Part shown: piece by piece, positions 1 to 9,132 of the stretch
How positions within the stretch are numbered: the first letter of the stretch is position 1
Layout of the letters: every line of letters begins with the position of its first letter
Assembly (NCBI GenBank): GCA_964648865.1
Contig: CAZYLV010000002.1
Span: 15,272-79,271 of the forward strand
Origin: an uncultured Gammaproteobacteria bacterium
Lineage (GTDB): Bacteria; Patescibacteriota; Patescibacteriia; 2-12-FULL-57-11
Reading direction: 5' to 3'
DNA length: 64,000 bases
Notes under the pieces: generated by a model
What the model saw: only the letters and a program-made list of their open reading frames with translations
The model's database searches: none
Told to the model about the DNA's origin: nothing
Translations under genes and position numbers: made by a program

Positions 1-1278
1 TTCACCCCGTCCACGGTGATCCGCATCACCGCCGGCGCGACCAAGGTCTTCAAGGTCACCGCGGACATCAAGTCCGGCGCGACCGCGACCGACGTCCAGG
101 GTGACGGCGTGGTCGACGTCGACAAGGTCTCCGCCACCGGCGTGACGACCGGCACCGACGTCTCGGACACGGACGGCAACGGCCCGACCGAGCTGCAGAA
201 CGCCTGGATCGCGACCAACGGCAACCTGTCGGTCTACCCCGACTCGGCCACGCCGGTCTCGACCACCCAGGTCCTCGGCTCGACGGCCAGCGAACTTGCC
301 CGCTTCAAGCTTGAAGCGACGGTCGAGGAGGACATCAACGTCACCAAGCTCGTCATCTCCGACGTGATGACGAACGGCGGTGCCACGGGCGCCACCGGTA
401 CGCTCAAGAACCTGAAGCTCATCGACGCCAGCACCGGTACCCAGTACGGTGGCGCGATCGCTTCGCTCGACAGCTCGAGCACGGGTTCGACGGTCACCCC
501 GGTCGCCATCTTCGACAACATCACGAACCTCCGGGTTCCGAAGAGCGGCTCCGTCACCATCAAGGTGGTGTCCGACCTCACGACCTACGTCGACGGCGGC
601 GTCTCCAGCTCGTCGCACAAGCTCGTCATCAAGCCTGACTTCGTCAACGCCGGCGGTGCGGAAGCGTCCAACCGCTCCATCGTCGCCACCGGCCAGGATT
701 CCGGCTTCTCGATCTCGAGCACGTCGCTGGACTACAACGCCAACTCGACGAACAGCAACACCGACGTCACGGTGAACACGAACGCGCACAACGCGTTCCG
801 CACCAAGATCACGATCGCCAAGCACTCGTCTGCCCCGTCCGGGACCACCACCGGTTCCGACGACCAGACGGTCGCCATCTTCGTGGTCTCGAACAGCGCG
901 AACGTCGGGAACTACTCGGCATCGCTCGAGCTCATGAACCTCGATATTGGTTCCACGATCTCCGCCACCACGGCGACCCGTGAGATCAAGATCTTCCATG
1001 ACTCGGTGCTGAGCGGTAACCAGCTGGCCTCGACCAACGCCCAGGTGAACGGCAACATCGCGAGCACCTCGTTCGCCGATGCGGACTTCACCAACAGCGA
1101 CATCTCGGCCGGCAGCTCGCGCAACTACTACGTGACGATCGACACCCAGGATGCCACGACGGACAAGCGCCTCACGGTGGGCCTTGCCACGGGTGACATC
1201 GAATGGGGCGACGGCGTGACGGCTTCCATCACGGTGGTCGACTCGCTGCCGGTCACGGGTAACACGCTGTCCTACTAA
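1..1278 (+). CDS. 5'-partial cell-surface protein, Thr/Ser/Asn/Asp/Gly-rich, low complexity (S-layer-like / glycoprotein substrate candidate)
   Basis: The ORF frame is open to base 1. Composition is dominated by T/S/G/N/D/V with several N-x-S/T sequons and no enzymatic motifs. A strong hairpin terminator follows immediately, implying a monocistronic, highly expressed gene. Confidence 0.5.
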   Translation, partial: FTPSTVIRITAGATKVFKVTADIKSGATATDVQGDGVVDVDKVSATGVTTGTDVSDTDGNGPTELQNAWIATNGNLSVYPDSATPVSTTQVLGSTASELARFKLEATVEEDINVTKLVISDVMTNGGATGATGTLKNLKLIDASTGTQYGGAIASLDSSSTGSTVTPVAIFDNITNLRVPKSGSVTIKVVSDLTTYVDGGVSSSSHKLVIKPDFVNAGGAEASNRSIVATGQDSGFSISSTSLDYNANSTNSNTDVTVNTNAHNAFRTKITIAKHSSAPSGTTTGSDDQTVAIFVVSNSANVGNYSASLELMNLDIGSTISATTATREIKIFHDSVLSGNQLASTNAQVNGNIASTSFADADFTNSDISAGSSRNYYVTIDTQDATTDKRLTVGLATGDIEWGDGVTASITVVDSLPVTGNTLSY

Positions 1279-1335
1279 TCCTAGGATCGCGTAAGGCCGG
1301 TCGTGTCGCCAAAGGGCGCGTCCCGCCGAACGACA

Positions 1336-1370
1336 AGACCCCCGGCCATGTGGCCGGGGGTCTTCGTATT
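1336..1370 (+). terminator. Rho-independent terminator after the surface-protein gene
   Basis: 13-bp perfect stem AAGACCCCCGGCC / GGCCGGGGGTCTT with a 4-nt loop, followed by a T-rich tail CGTATTT. Confidence 0.6.
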
Positions 1371-1407
1371 TACGGAGGGCCCTCGTTTTGGTACGGTGCG
1401 GCGGTCT

Positions 1408-3585
1408 ATGCGCGCCTCCGTCATCGCCCGTTGGCTCGGATACGTCTTGGCGACCGCTCCGGTCTGGTACGTCCCATGGACGTTGTTCCCCGCGGTCTTC
1501 GGCAAGATGCCGCTGGTGCTGCCGCTCATCGCGTTCTTCGGGATCCTCGCCTTGTCCGGACCGCGGCAGCCGCGGCAGCCGCGGCAGCCGCTCTCTTGGG
1601 CGATCCTGGCCTTCGGCGCCGCCGCGGCGCTCGCTGCCGCCCTCGGGGTCGACCCTGCGCAGAGCGCATGGGGGAGCGTCGCGCGCGGTACGGGACTCGT
1701 CGTGCTCGCGGCCTACGGCGTCTGGTATTGGGGTGCACGACGCGCGCTGGACGCGGAGGGTTGGCGCCGCTTCTTGGCCGTGGCCGTGGCTGCGGCCGTC
1801 GTGGAGGCGGCGATCGTGCTCGTCCAGGCCGCTACGGGCGCGGCGGCAGGGGAGGAGATCCGCGCCTCCGGACTTTTCGGCAATCCGACGTACGTCGCCG
1901 GGTACCTGGCGATCGCCGTCTTCCTGTGCGCGTCGGTCGCGACGGGAGGGAGCCGGATGCGCAAGACCATCGCTGCGCTGGCAGCCGCGACGATGGCCCT
2001 CGCGCTGGTGCTGACCGGCGCGCGCGGCGGCCTCGTGGCGTTGGTGGGCGGCGCGGCATGTGCCGTCGTGGCCTACGCCACGCTCGCCGGCGGCCGCACG
2101 CGGCGCTTCGCCCTCGGTGCATCGGGCGTCGGCCTGGCCGCGCTCGTGGCGCTTTCCCTCATCCCTCCGGATTCGTGGGCAGCGCTCGGCGCGCCCGCCG
2201 CCGTCGGCCGGACGCTCTATTGGCGCAACTACCTCGGGGACGTGCCCCGCCTCATCCAATGGGGAATCGCCTGGGAGGGGTTCCTGGAGCGCCCGTTCAC
2301 GGGTTGGGGACCGGAGACGTACCAGGCCGTGTTCGACGCCAAGTACAGCCCGGAGCTGCTGCGGTACTCCTTTTCCGAGACCGTCTCCGACAAGCCGCAC
2401 AACCTGCTCCTGGAGCTGCTCGTCGCCGGCGGTGCCGCGCTGGGCGCCGCCTTCGTCGCGGTGCTCGTCACGGCGCTGCTCGCGCTCCGCCGGGCGGCCC
2501 GCTCCGGAGCCGTGCGGCCGATGGAGGCCGCGGCGGCCGTCGGCGGGATGGCGGCCTTCGTCCTGCACGGCATGTTCCTCTTCGAGACCTTCCCCGCCGC
2601 GTTCCTCTTCGTCAGCATCCTGGCCTGGCTGGCGTCGCGGGCCTCGCAGGGGCTCACGGCCCCGGGACCTCGGCCGATCGCCGTCTGGGCGACGCGGATC
2701 GCACTCGCCGGATTCACCGTCCTCGCGTTCGTCGCGGGACCGCTCGCGGTGCGTGCCCAGTACGCCGCCCTGCTCACGCTCGAGGCCAAGACGACCCATG
2801 AATGGACCTCCCGTGCCCGGGCCGCGTTTTCCGCACCGACCGTCTATCATCGGGAGATCGTCAAACAGATCGCCCGCGACTTCCTCAACAAGAGCGCCGG
2901 GGCGCCGGAAGCGTTCGTGGTGGACACGCTGCCGCTGGTGCGCGATCAGGTGGTCGCCGCCGCCGCAGCCCATCCGCGCGATTTCACCTTGCGGTTCATG
3001 GAAGGGCAGCTCTGGGGGTTGAGCGGGAACCTCCAGCCGACGGCCGAAGAGATAGGGAAGGCCATGGACGCCCTTCGAAGCGCCGAAGCGCTCTCGCCAC
3101 GTCGGCAAGCGGTACGGTTCCAGATCGCCAAGACGCAGCTCCTGGCCGGGAACGCCGAGGAGGCCATCGCCACGCTGCGTGCCGTGGTGGCCGATGACGA
3201 CACGCTGCAGGAGCCGCACTGGTTCCTCGCGTTGGCGCTCGTCGCCGCCGGGCAGCGGGACGAGGGTGCGCAGGAGATCGCCCGCGCGCTCGAGCTCGGT
3301 CGGCTTGCGGCGATGGAATCCGTCCGTAACGTAAAGGAGATGCTCTACAGCATCGACGTCCTCGCGGCGGCCGGGCGGTTCGAGGCGATCGTGCCCGTCT
3401 ATCAGGCGCTCATCCGGATCGAACCCGACGACGCCGACTGGCATGCCCGACTCGCGGCGACCTACGAGCGGCTCGGCAGGCCCGAACTTGCGGCCATCGA
3501 GGCGCAGCGAGCCGCGGAGATCGAACCCTCCTTCCGCGATGCGGCCGACGCTTTCCTGCGTCGATTGGAGGACGCCGCCCCATGA
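1408..3585 (+). CDS. O-antigen ligase (Wzy_C)-domain polytopic membrane protein with C-terminal TPR repeats, paralog 1
   Basis: Multiple TM segments and a Wzy_C-like core (GLFGNPTYVAGYLA, WGPETYQAVFD, DKPHNLLLELL). The C-terminal ~250 aa are TPR-like repeats. The track ORF starts at 1303, but that lies inside the terminator, so the start was moved to the in-frame ATG at 1408. Confidence 0.7.
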   Translation: MRASVIARWLGYVLATAPVWYVPWTLFPAVFGKMPLVLPLIAFFGILALSGPRQPRQPRQPLSWAILAFGAAAALAAALGVDPAQSAWGSVARGTGLVVLAAYGVWYWGARRALDAEGWRRFLAVAVAAAVVEAAIVLVQAATGAAAGEEIRASGLFGNPTYVAGYLAIAVFLCASVATGGSRMRKTIAALAAATMALALVLTGARGGLVALVGGAACAVVAYATLAGGRTRRFALGASGVGLAALVALSLIPPDSWAALGAPAAVGRTLYWRNYLGDVPRLIQWGIAWEGFLERPFTGWGPETYQAVFDAKYSPELLRYSFSETVSDKPHNLLLELLVAGGAALGAAFVAVLVTALLALRRAARSGAVRPMEAAAAVGGMAAFVLHGMFLFETFPAAFLFVSILAWLASRASQGLTAPGPRPIAVWATRIALAGFTVLAFVAGPLAVRAQYAALLTLEAKTTHEWTSRARAAFSAPTVYHREIVKQIARDFLNKSAGAPEAFVVDTLPLVRDQVVAAAAAHPRDFTLRFMEGQLWGLSGNLQPTAEEIGKAMDALRSAEALSPRRQAVRFQIAKTQLLAGNAEEAIATLRAVVADDDTLQEPHWFLALALVAAGQRDEGAQEIARALELGRLAAMESVRNVKEMLYSIDVLAAAGRFEAIVPVYQALIRIEPDDADWHARLAATYERLGRPELAAIEAQRAAEIEPSFRDAADAFLRRLEDAAP

Positions 3586-5780
3586 TCCGTCGGTTCCGCG
3601 ACATCGCGCTTTTGGCGACGGCCTTCCTGCCGCTCGTCTTCGCCCGAGGGTTGGCGAACCCGTTCCTGACGCCACGTGAGATCGCCCTGCGTCTCATCCT
3701 GGCCGTCGCCTTGCCGCTCGCCGTAGCCGTCGCGCCGCAGCCGCGGCGGCCCGGGCCGCTCGGTGCCGCGGCGCTGGCGCTCCTTGCCGCGGCCGCAGCG
3801 GGGACCGTCTTTTCCGTCGACGTCGCCAACAGCACCTGGAGCAATCCTGAGCGGTTCACCGGTTTCCTTGATGTCGCGCTTGCCGTCGGGTATGGCGCCG
3901 CGCTCGCCCAGGCCTTCCGTGACACGCGGTTCCGGGCGCGCTTCCTGTGGCTGTGGATCGGCGTCTGGGCGGCGGTCTGCCTGTGGGCGCTCCTGGAGAA
4001 GGCCGTCCCCGGCTTCTGGGCGCAGTTCAACGGCGACGGTGCCCGCAGCGTGGCCACCATCGGCAACGCCATCTTCCTCGCCCACGGCATCATCCTCGCC
4101 ACGCCGCCCATCGTCGCGGCCCTCCGGATGCGTCCGGGCCGGGCGTGGCGCATCGCCTCCCGCGTGGCGTTGGGGCTGGCGGGAGCGGCTGTCCTCGCCA
4201 CCGGCACGCGCGGCGCGCTGCTCGGTGTCTTGGCTGGGGGCGCCGTCGCCGCGATGGCCTACGCCGCATGGTCCCGGCACCGTGCCGCCCGCGTCGCTGC
4301 CGTGGCCGTGCCGCTCGCCTGTCTGCTTGCCCTGGGCGGGATGTTCCTTGCGCGGGACGTGCCCGGTCTGCAGGAAGTGCCGGTCGTCGGCCGCGTGCTG
4401 GCCGTGTTCCAGCGCGACGCCAGCACCGTCCAACGCCTCCAGCTGTGGGGCGTGGCGCTCGAGGCGGTCCGCCAGAGGCCGCTTACGGGCTGGGGACCGG
4501 AGAACTTCGATACCGCCCTGGACCGCAACTACGACACGGCCCTCACGCGGTACGGGGTCAACCAATCGTTTTCGGACCGTGCCCACAACGGCCTGCTCGA
4601 CGTGGCCGCGGCGTACGGGCTCCTCGGCGTCGCCGCATACCTCGCGTTCCTCGGCGCGCTCGGTCGGACGGTGCTGCGTGCGCGTCAGTCCGGGGCCGCG
4701 CCGGCGCCTGTCGCGGCCGTGCTCCTCGGCGGGCTTGCGGCCTACCTTGTGACCTCGCTTACCGCCTTCGACTCCCAGATCACGCTTCTCGGCCTGGCGG
4801 TCTTCGCGGCCTTCGTCGCCGCACTCGGTCGGGAAACCCAGGCGGCGTCCCTCCCGTTCCAGGCGGGGGCGAAGCGGGCCATGCTCGCCGCGGCCGCGGC
4901 CGTCCCGATGGCCGTCGTCGCGTGGAGCGTGGTGCCGCTTGCGCGCGGCGCGCAGCTCGTCCATGTGGCCGTCGTCGCGCCGCAGGACGCCGCGCTGCAG
5001 GAGACCGCCGCGTCCCTCCTGACGTTCGCCAATCCATACCGAGCCATCCAGGGGCAGCGTATCGCCAACGAGATCTTCAAGCGCGTCGGCAACGCGCCGA
5101 CCTTCCTGCCGTCGCATGCGGACGGACTGCGCGCCGCTGAGGCGTTGCTGCGCGACGCCGTCGTCCGCCGCCCGGGGAACTTCAGCGCCCGATACACGCT
5201 CGCCAATGTCCTGCTGCTCCAGGCGGTCAACGGCATGCGTCCGCATGAGGATGCCCTGGCCGTCTTCGAGGAGGCGCGGGTCCTTGCGCCGCGACGCCAG
5301 ATGGTCGACCTCCAGATCGGCAACCTCCACCTCACCCGCGGCGACGGCGCGGCGGCGGAAGCGTCCTTCCGGGCGGCAGTGGCCCTGGACCCGACGGTTC
5401 CGGAGGTCCACTGGCATTGGGGGCGGGGGCTGGCGGTGATGGGCGATCTGGAGCGGGCTGCGCAGGAGTTCCGCGTCGCCTGGGAATCGGGTTTGCGGCA
5501 GGTGCGTCCCGAGCAGGAGTACGCCACGGCATATGCCGCGCTCCAGGCTGCCGGCGACCTGGCGACCATCCGCGACATCACGCGCTTCCGATCCGAGAAC
5601 GACACGCAGGACCCGGACCTTTTCGCGTCGCTCGCCGCGGTGCACGCGGCGCTCGGCGAGCGCGAGGAGGCCATCGCGGCGCTGCTGCGCGCCGTCGCCC
5701 TCGACCCTGCGCTGCGCGCGGAGGCGCTGCTGTTCCTGCGCCAGAACGGGTATCCTGAAGACGTCCTCCCACCCCTATGA
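3582..5780 (+). CDS. O-antigen ligase (Wzy_C)-domain membrane protein with C-terminal TPR repeats, paralog 2
   Basis: Same architecture as paralog 1 (WGPENFDTALDRNYD, DRAHNGLLDVAAAYG; TPR tail). ATGA overlap with the upstream gene. Confidence 0.7.
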   Translation: MIRRFRDIALLATAFLPLVFARGLANPFLTPREIALRLILAVALPLAVAVAPQPRRPGPLGAAALALLAAAAAGTVFSVDVANSTWSNPERFTGFLDVALAVGYGAALAQAFRDTRFRARFLWLWIGVWAAVCLWALLEKAVPGFWAQFNGDGARSVATIGNAIFLAHGIILATPPIVAALRMRPGRAWRIASRVALGLAGAAVLATGTRGALLGVLAGGAVAAMAYAAWSRHRAARVAAVAVPLACLLALGGMFLARDVPGLQEVPVVGRVLAVFQRDASTVQRLQLWGVALEAVRQRPLTGWGPENFDTALDRNYDTALTRYGVNQSFSDRAHNGLLDVAAAYGLLGVAAYLAFLGALGRTVLRARQSGAAPAPVAAVLLGGLAAYLVTSLTAFDSQITLLGLAVFAAFVAALGRETQAASLPFQAGAKRAMLAAAAAVPMAVVAWSVVPLARGAQLVHVAVVAPQDAALQETAASLLTFANPYRAIQGQRIANEIFKRVGNAPTFLPSHADGLRAAEALLRDAVVRRPGNFSARYTLANVLLLQAVNGMRPHEDALAVFEEARVLAPRRQMVDLQIGNLHLTRGDGAAAEASFRAAVALDPTVPEVHWHWGRGLAVMGDLERAAQEFRVAWESGLRQVRPEQEYATAYAALQAAGDLATIRDITRFRSENDTQDPDLFASLAAVHAALGEREEAIAALLRAVALDPALRAEALLFLRQNGYPEDVLPPL

Positions 5781-7981
5781 GCGAACGCCTGGAACGTCTC
5801 TGTCTCGTCGTCCTGCGCTACGGCTTGCCGTTGGCGTTCTTGACGCCCTTCCTCTACACCACCGACGTGACCTTCCCGTTCGTGGTCAGCAAGGTCTGGA
5901 GTTTCCGCGCGCTGGTCGAACTGCTCGTGCCCTTCTATGCGGTGCTGACGATCGTCTCGCCGCGCCACCGCCCGTGGCGCGAGCCGTTGCCGCTGGCCGT
6001 CGTGGCCTTCATGGCCGTCTTGCTGCTCTCCACGGCCTTCGGGGTCGATCCCGCGCGCAGCATCTGGTCCAACCACGAGCGCATGACCGGCGTCTACACG
6101 TTGCTGCACTACGCGGCGTTCTTCCTGATGGTGCGCGCCGCCTACACGACGGCGCGTCAGACAAAGGCCCTGCTTCTCTCGACGCTTGCCGCAAGCGTGG
6201 TCATGACGGGACTGGCGCTGTATGAGCGCAGCCATCCCGGCTTCCTGGCCAACACCGGGAACCGGCCGTGGGCCACGCTCGGCAACACCATCTACCTGGC
6301 CAACTACCTGCTGTTCCATCTCTTCTTCGCGGCGCTCGTGGCCTTCCGCCGCGACACGCGCCTGTGGTTGCGGGTCGCGCTCGGCGCCTTGGCGGCCGCG
6401 CAGACGCTCGTCATCCTCTACACGCAGACCCGCGGCACGCTCTTGGCCGTCCTCGTCACCGCGGCGGTCCTGGGGCTCTGGGCCGCGGCGCGCCAGAAGC
6501 GTCTGCGTCCGTGGGCGGCAGGCGCCTTCGTCGCCTTGGCGCTGGTCGGCGGCGTCCTCTACGTGAACCGCGGGCAGGACTGGGTCGGCGACATCCCCGG
6601 CGTCGGCAAGCTGGTGCGCACCACGCTCACCGAGGGTGGCGGCGTGCGCACGCGCATCATCGCCTGGGAAATCGCGCTCGAGGCGTTCGTCGAGCGGCCG
6701 TTGCTCGGGTGGGGGCCGGAGAACTTCTACTACGCCTTCAACCGTTTCTATAATCCGGAGTCGTATCGGTACGGCTCGTATGAGACGTGGTTCGACCGCT
6801 CGCACAACACGCTGCTCGACGTGCTTTCGATGACCGGGGCGCTGGGCATGTTGGCGTACCTGGCGGTGTTCGCCGTGGCCGTCTGGACGGTGGAGCGCCG
6901 CATCAAGGCCCGGGACATGCGCCGTTGGGAGGGGATGCTCTCGGTGGGCATGCTGCTCGCCTACGTCGTCCAGAACCTGACGGTCTTCGACGCGCACACG
7001 TCCTACCTCTACTTCTATCTGCTGCTCGCCCTCATCGCGGCCCGGCCGCTGCCCGAAGGCGGCGCGGCGACGGAGGGGCGCGTCCGGGCGGGGTTGGTGG
7101 CATTGCCGCTGCTGCTCGTCGGCGGGATCGTCCTGGCCATCGTCACCGACCTCCAGCCGTACGATGCCAACCGTCTGGCGTTGCGCGGCACGGCGGCGCT
7201 GCGCCTGCGCGGCGATGCGGCCGCCGCCATCGTACAGTACGACAAGGCCCTGGCGACGCCGACGCCGCACGACGTGGACCTGCGCGCCGACGGTGCGCGG
7301 GAGATCGCCGATGCCGTGGCCGGCGGGCGGCTGCCGCAGGCGCAGGTGCGGCCGTCCGTGGAGTGGGCCATCGCGCGCGTCGAGGAGAACCGCGCGGCGC
7401 GGTCGGACGTCTACGACGCCATCATCTACGCCGAACTGCTCCAGGACGCGGCGGCGTGGGATCCCACCGCCACGGCGCGCGCGCGGCAGGCGCTCGACGA
7501 GGCCTGGGCGCTCTCGCCGGACCGTCAACAGATCGTCTTCACCATGGCGCAGCTGGCCCTCTTCGACGGTCGGCCGCAGGACGCGTTGGACGTGCTTGAG
7601 GCGTCGTTGACCAAGGAAGAGCGCGTCCGCGACCTGCACTGGAACCTGGCGTTGGCCGCGCACGGCGTCGGCGATTACGGAAAGGCGGCCCGGGCCATCG
7701 CCCGGGCGCGCGAGCTGGGGTACGAATGGCGCAGCGCCTCGGACGTGACCTTCGCGGTCGACGTCTTCCGGAAGTCCGGACGCCTGGACGACGCGCTCGC
7801 CGGCGCGCAGCTGTTGGTGTCGGCGTTGCCCGACGAGCCGCGCGCCCATCTGCTGCTGGCGGAAGTCCACGTCGACAGGGGCGATGCCGACCAGGCCGAG
7901 GCGGCCATCGCACGCGCCGTGGCGCTCGATCCGAGCCTGGCGCCGCAAGCGGCGGTCCTGCGCGCCCGGCTCAGCCAGTGA
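5777..7981 (+). CDS. O-antigen ligase (Wzy_C)-domain membrane protein with C-terminal TPR repeats, paralog 3
   Basis: Same architecture (WGPENFYYAFNRFYNPESYRYGSYETWFDRSHNTLLDV; TPR tail). ATGA overlap with the upstream gene. Confidence 0.7.
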   Translation: MSERLERLCLVVLRYGLPLAFLTPFLYTTDVTFPFVVSKVWSFRALVELLVPFYAVLTIVSPRHRPWREPLPLAVVAFMAVLLLSTAFGVDPARSIWSNHERMTGVYTLLHYAAFFLMVRAAYTTARQTKALLLSTLAASVVMTGLALYERSHPGFLANTGNRPWATLGNTIYLANYLLFHLFFAALVAFRRDTRLWLRVALGALAAAQTLVILYTQTRGTLLAVLVTAAVLGLWAAARQKRLRPWAAGAFVALALVGGVLYVNRGQDWVGDIPGVGKLVRTTLTEGGGVRTRIIAWEIALEAFVERPLLGWGPENFYYAFNRFYNPESYRYGSYETWFDRSHNTLLDVLSMTGALGMLAYLAVFAVAVWTVERRIKARDMRRWEGMLSVGMLLAYVVQNLTVFDAHTSYLYFYLLLALIAARPLPEGGAATEGRVRAGLVALPLLLVGGIVLAIVTDLQPYDANRLALRGTAALRLRGDAAAAIVQYDKALATPTPHDVDLRADGAREIADAVAGGRLPQAQVRPSVEWAIARVEENRAARSDVYDAIIYAELLQDAAAWDPTATARARQALDEAWALSPDRQQIVFTMAQLALFDGRPQDALDVLEASLTKEERVRDLHWNLALAAHGVGDYGKAARAIARARELGYEWRSASDVTFAVDVFRKSGRLDDALAGAQLLVSALPDEPRAHLLLAEVHVDRGDADQAEAAIARAVALDPSLAPQAAVLRARLSQ

Positions 7982-9077
7982 GACGGCGGTAGAGGGCGAG
8001 GGTCTCGCGGAGCGCGCGCTGCTCGGTGAAGAGCGTGTGCACGGTCTCGGCGGCGGCCTTGCCGACGCGCGGCCAGGCGTCCCGCGCCGCGAAGGCGCGC
8101 CGCAGGCCGTCGTCGAGCGCGTCCGTCCGCGTCAGCCACCCGTTCATGCCGTCGGCGATGACGCTGGGGATGCCGCCGACCGACGTCGCCAGGCACGGCA
8201 GCCCGGCCTCCATGGCCTCCAGCAAAGCGAAGGGCAACCCTTCTTTCTTCGACGGCAGGACGAAGAGATCGAAGCCGTCCATGAGCCGGCGGGCATCGTC
8301 GCGCCCGCCGAGCAGGTGCACGCGGCTGCCCAGCGCCGCCGCGGCCTGCTCCACCGCGGGCCGCTGCTCGCCGTCACCGACGAGCACCAGATGCGCGTCC
8401 GCGGGAGCGGCTTCGGCGAAGGCCGCGACCAGCGCCGGGACGTTTTTCGTGGGGAAGAGATTGGCGACGCAGCCGATGCACGTCGCGTCCGTCGGGACGC
8501 CGGCCAGCGCCAGCGCCGCGCGGGCAGCGGCGCGATCGTGCGCGACGGGCGCCACGCCGTTGGGGATGACGTGCAGCCGGTCTGCGGGCGAGACCTTGGC
8601 CGCGAGTGCCGCGGCGCGCTCCTGCGGCGACAGGACGATCGTGGCGTCCCGCCCGAGCCCGGCGATCCGTTCCATCCAGCGGTACAACGGGCCTGGGCGA
8701 TCGGGCTCCAGGAAGACCCACCCATGGGCGGTGAAGACGTGCTTGGGAGCCAGGCCGACGAGCGCCAGCGTGGCCAACAGCCCCGCCTTGGAGGAATTGC
8801 CGTGGACCACGTCGGGACGCAGCTCGCGGACGAGGCGGCGCAGCTCCCGCGTGGCGTGCAGGTCGGCGAGCGGGCGCAGCGCGCGTACCAGCGAGGGCAA
8901 CGCGCGGTAGGAGATGCCGGCGGCGGCGCAGGAGGCCGCGAGCGGACCCGTGCCACCGGCGGCGACCGTCACCGTCCAGCCCTGCGCCGCCGCGGCGCGC
9001 GCCAGGGCGAGGACGTAGCGCTGCGCGCCCCCCAGGGAGGGGCTCGTCACGACCAGCAGCAGGGAGGGGGAGCGCAT
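7971..9077 (-). CDS. GT4-family glycosyltransferase
   Basis: GT-B / GT4 C-terminal motif FVLPSKKEGLPFALLEAMEAGLPCLATSVGGIPSVIADGMNGWL. Confidence 0.8.
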   Translation of the reverse strand: MRSPSLLLVVTSPSLGGAQRYVLALARAAAAQGWTVTVAAGGTGPLAASCAAAGISYRALPSLVRALRPLADLHATRELRRLVRELRPDVVHGNSSKAGLLATLALVGLAPKHVFTAHGWVFLEPDRPGPLYRWMERIAGLGRDATIVLSPQERAAALAAKVSPADRLHVIPNGVAPVAHDRAAARAALALAGVPTDATCIGCVANLFPTKNVPALVAAFAEAAPADAHLVLVGDGEQRPAVEQAAAALGSRVHLLGGRDDARRLMDGFDLFVLPSKKEGLPFALLEAMEAGLPCLATSVGGIPSVIADGMNGWLTRTDALDDGLRRAFAARDAWPRVGKAAAETVHTLFTEQRALRETLALYRRLTG

Positions 9078-9132
9078 TGACGGATGGCCAAGAATGCCCC
9101 ATCATACGCAGGAAATCGTCCTGCCGACAACG

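Noticed and set aside
1303-1407. Track start of the first Wzy_C-TPR ORF at 1303.
   Set aside because: Positions 1336-1370 form a strong terminator hairpin for the upstream gene. The N-terminal 35 residues (MSPKGASRRTTRPP...) are Arg/Pro-rich non-membrane sequence. The in-frame ATG at 1408 is the better start.
3462-7948. Very long ORFs on the minus strand (3462-5645, 727 aa; 4742-7948, 1068 aa) and many other 100-1000-aa ORFs antisense or out of frame to the called genes (e.g. 10016-12427, 16110-19127, 20655-22541, 39444-41453, 47056-48975, 59314-61086).
   Set aside because: Their translations are Arg/Pro/Gly/Ala-rich low-complexity strings without domain motifs, the expected stop-codon-poor artefact of ~70% GC DNA. 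The overlapping sense-frame proteins have clear family signatures.
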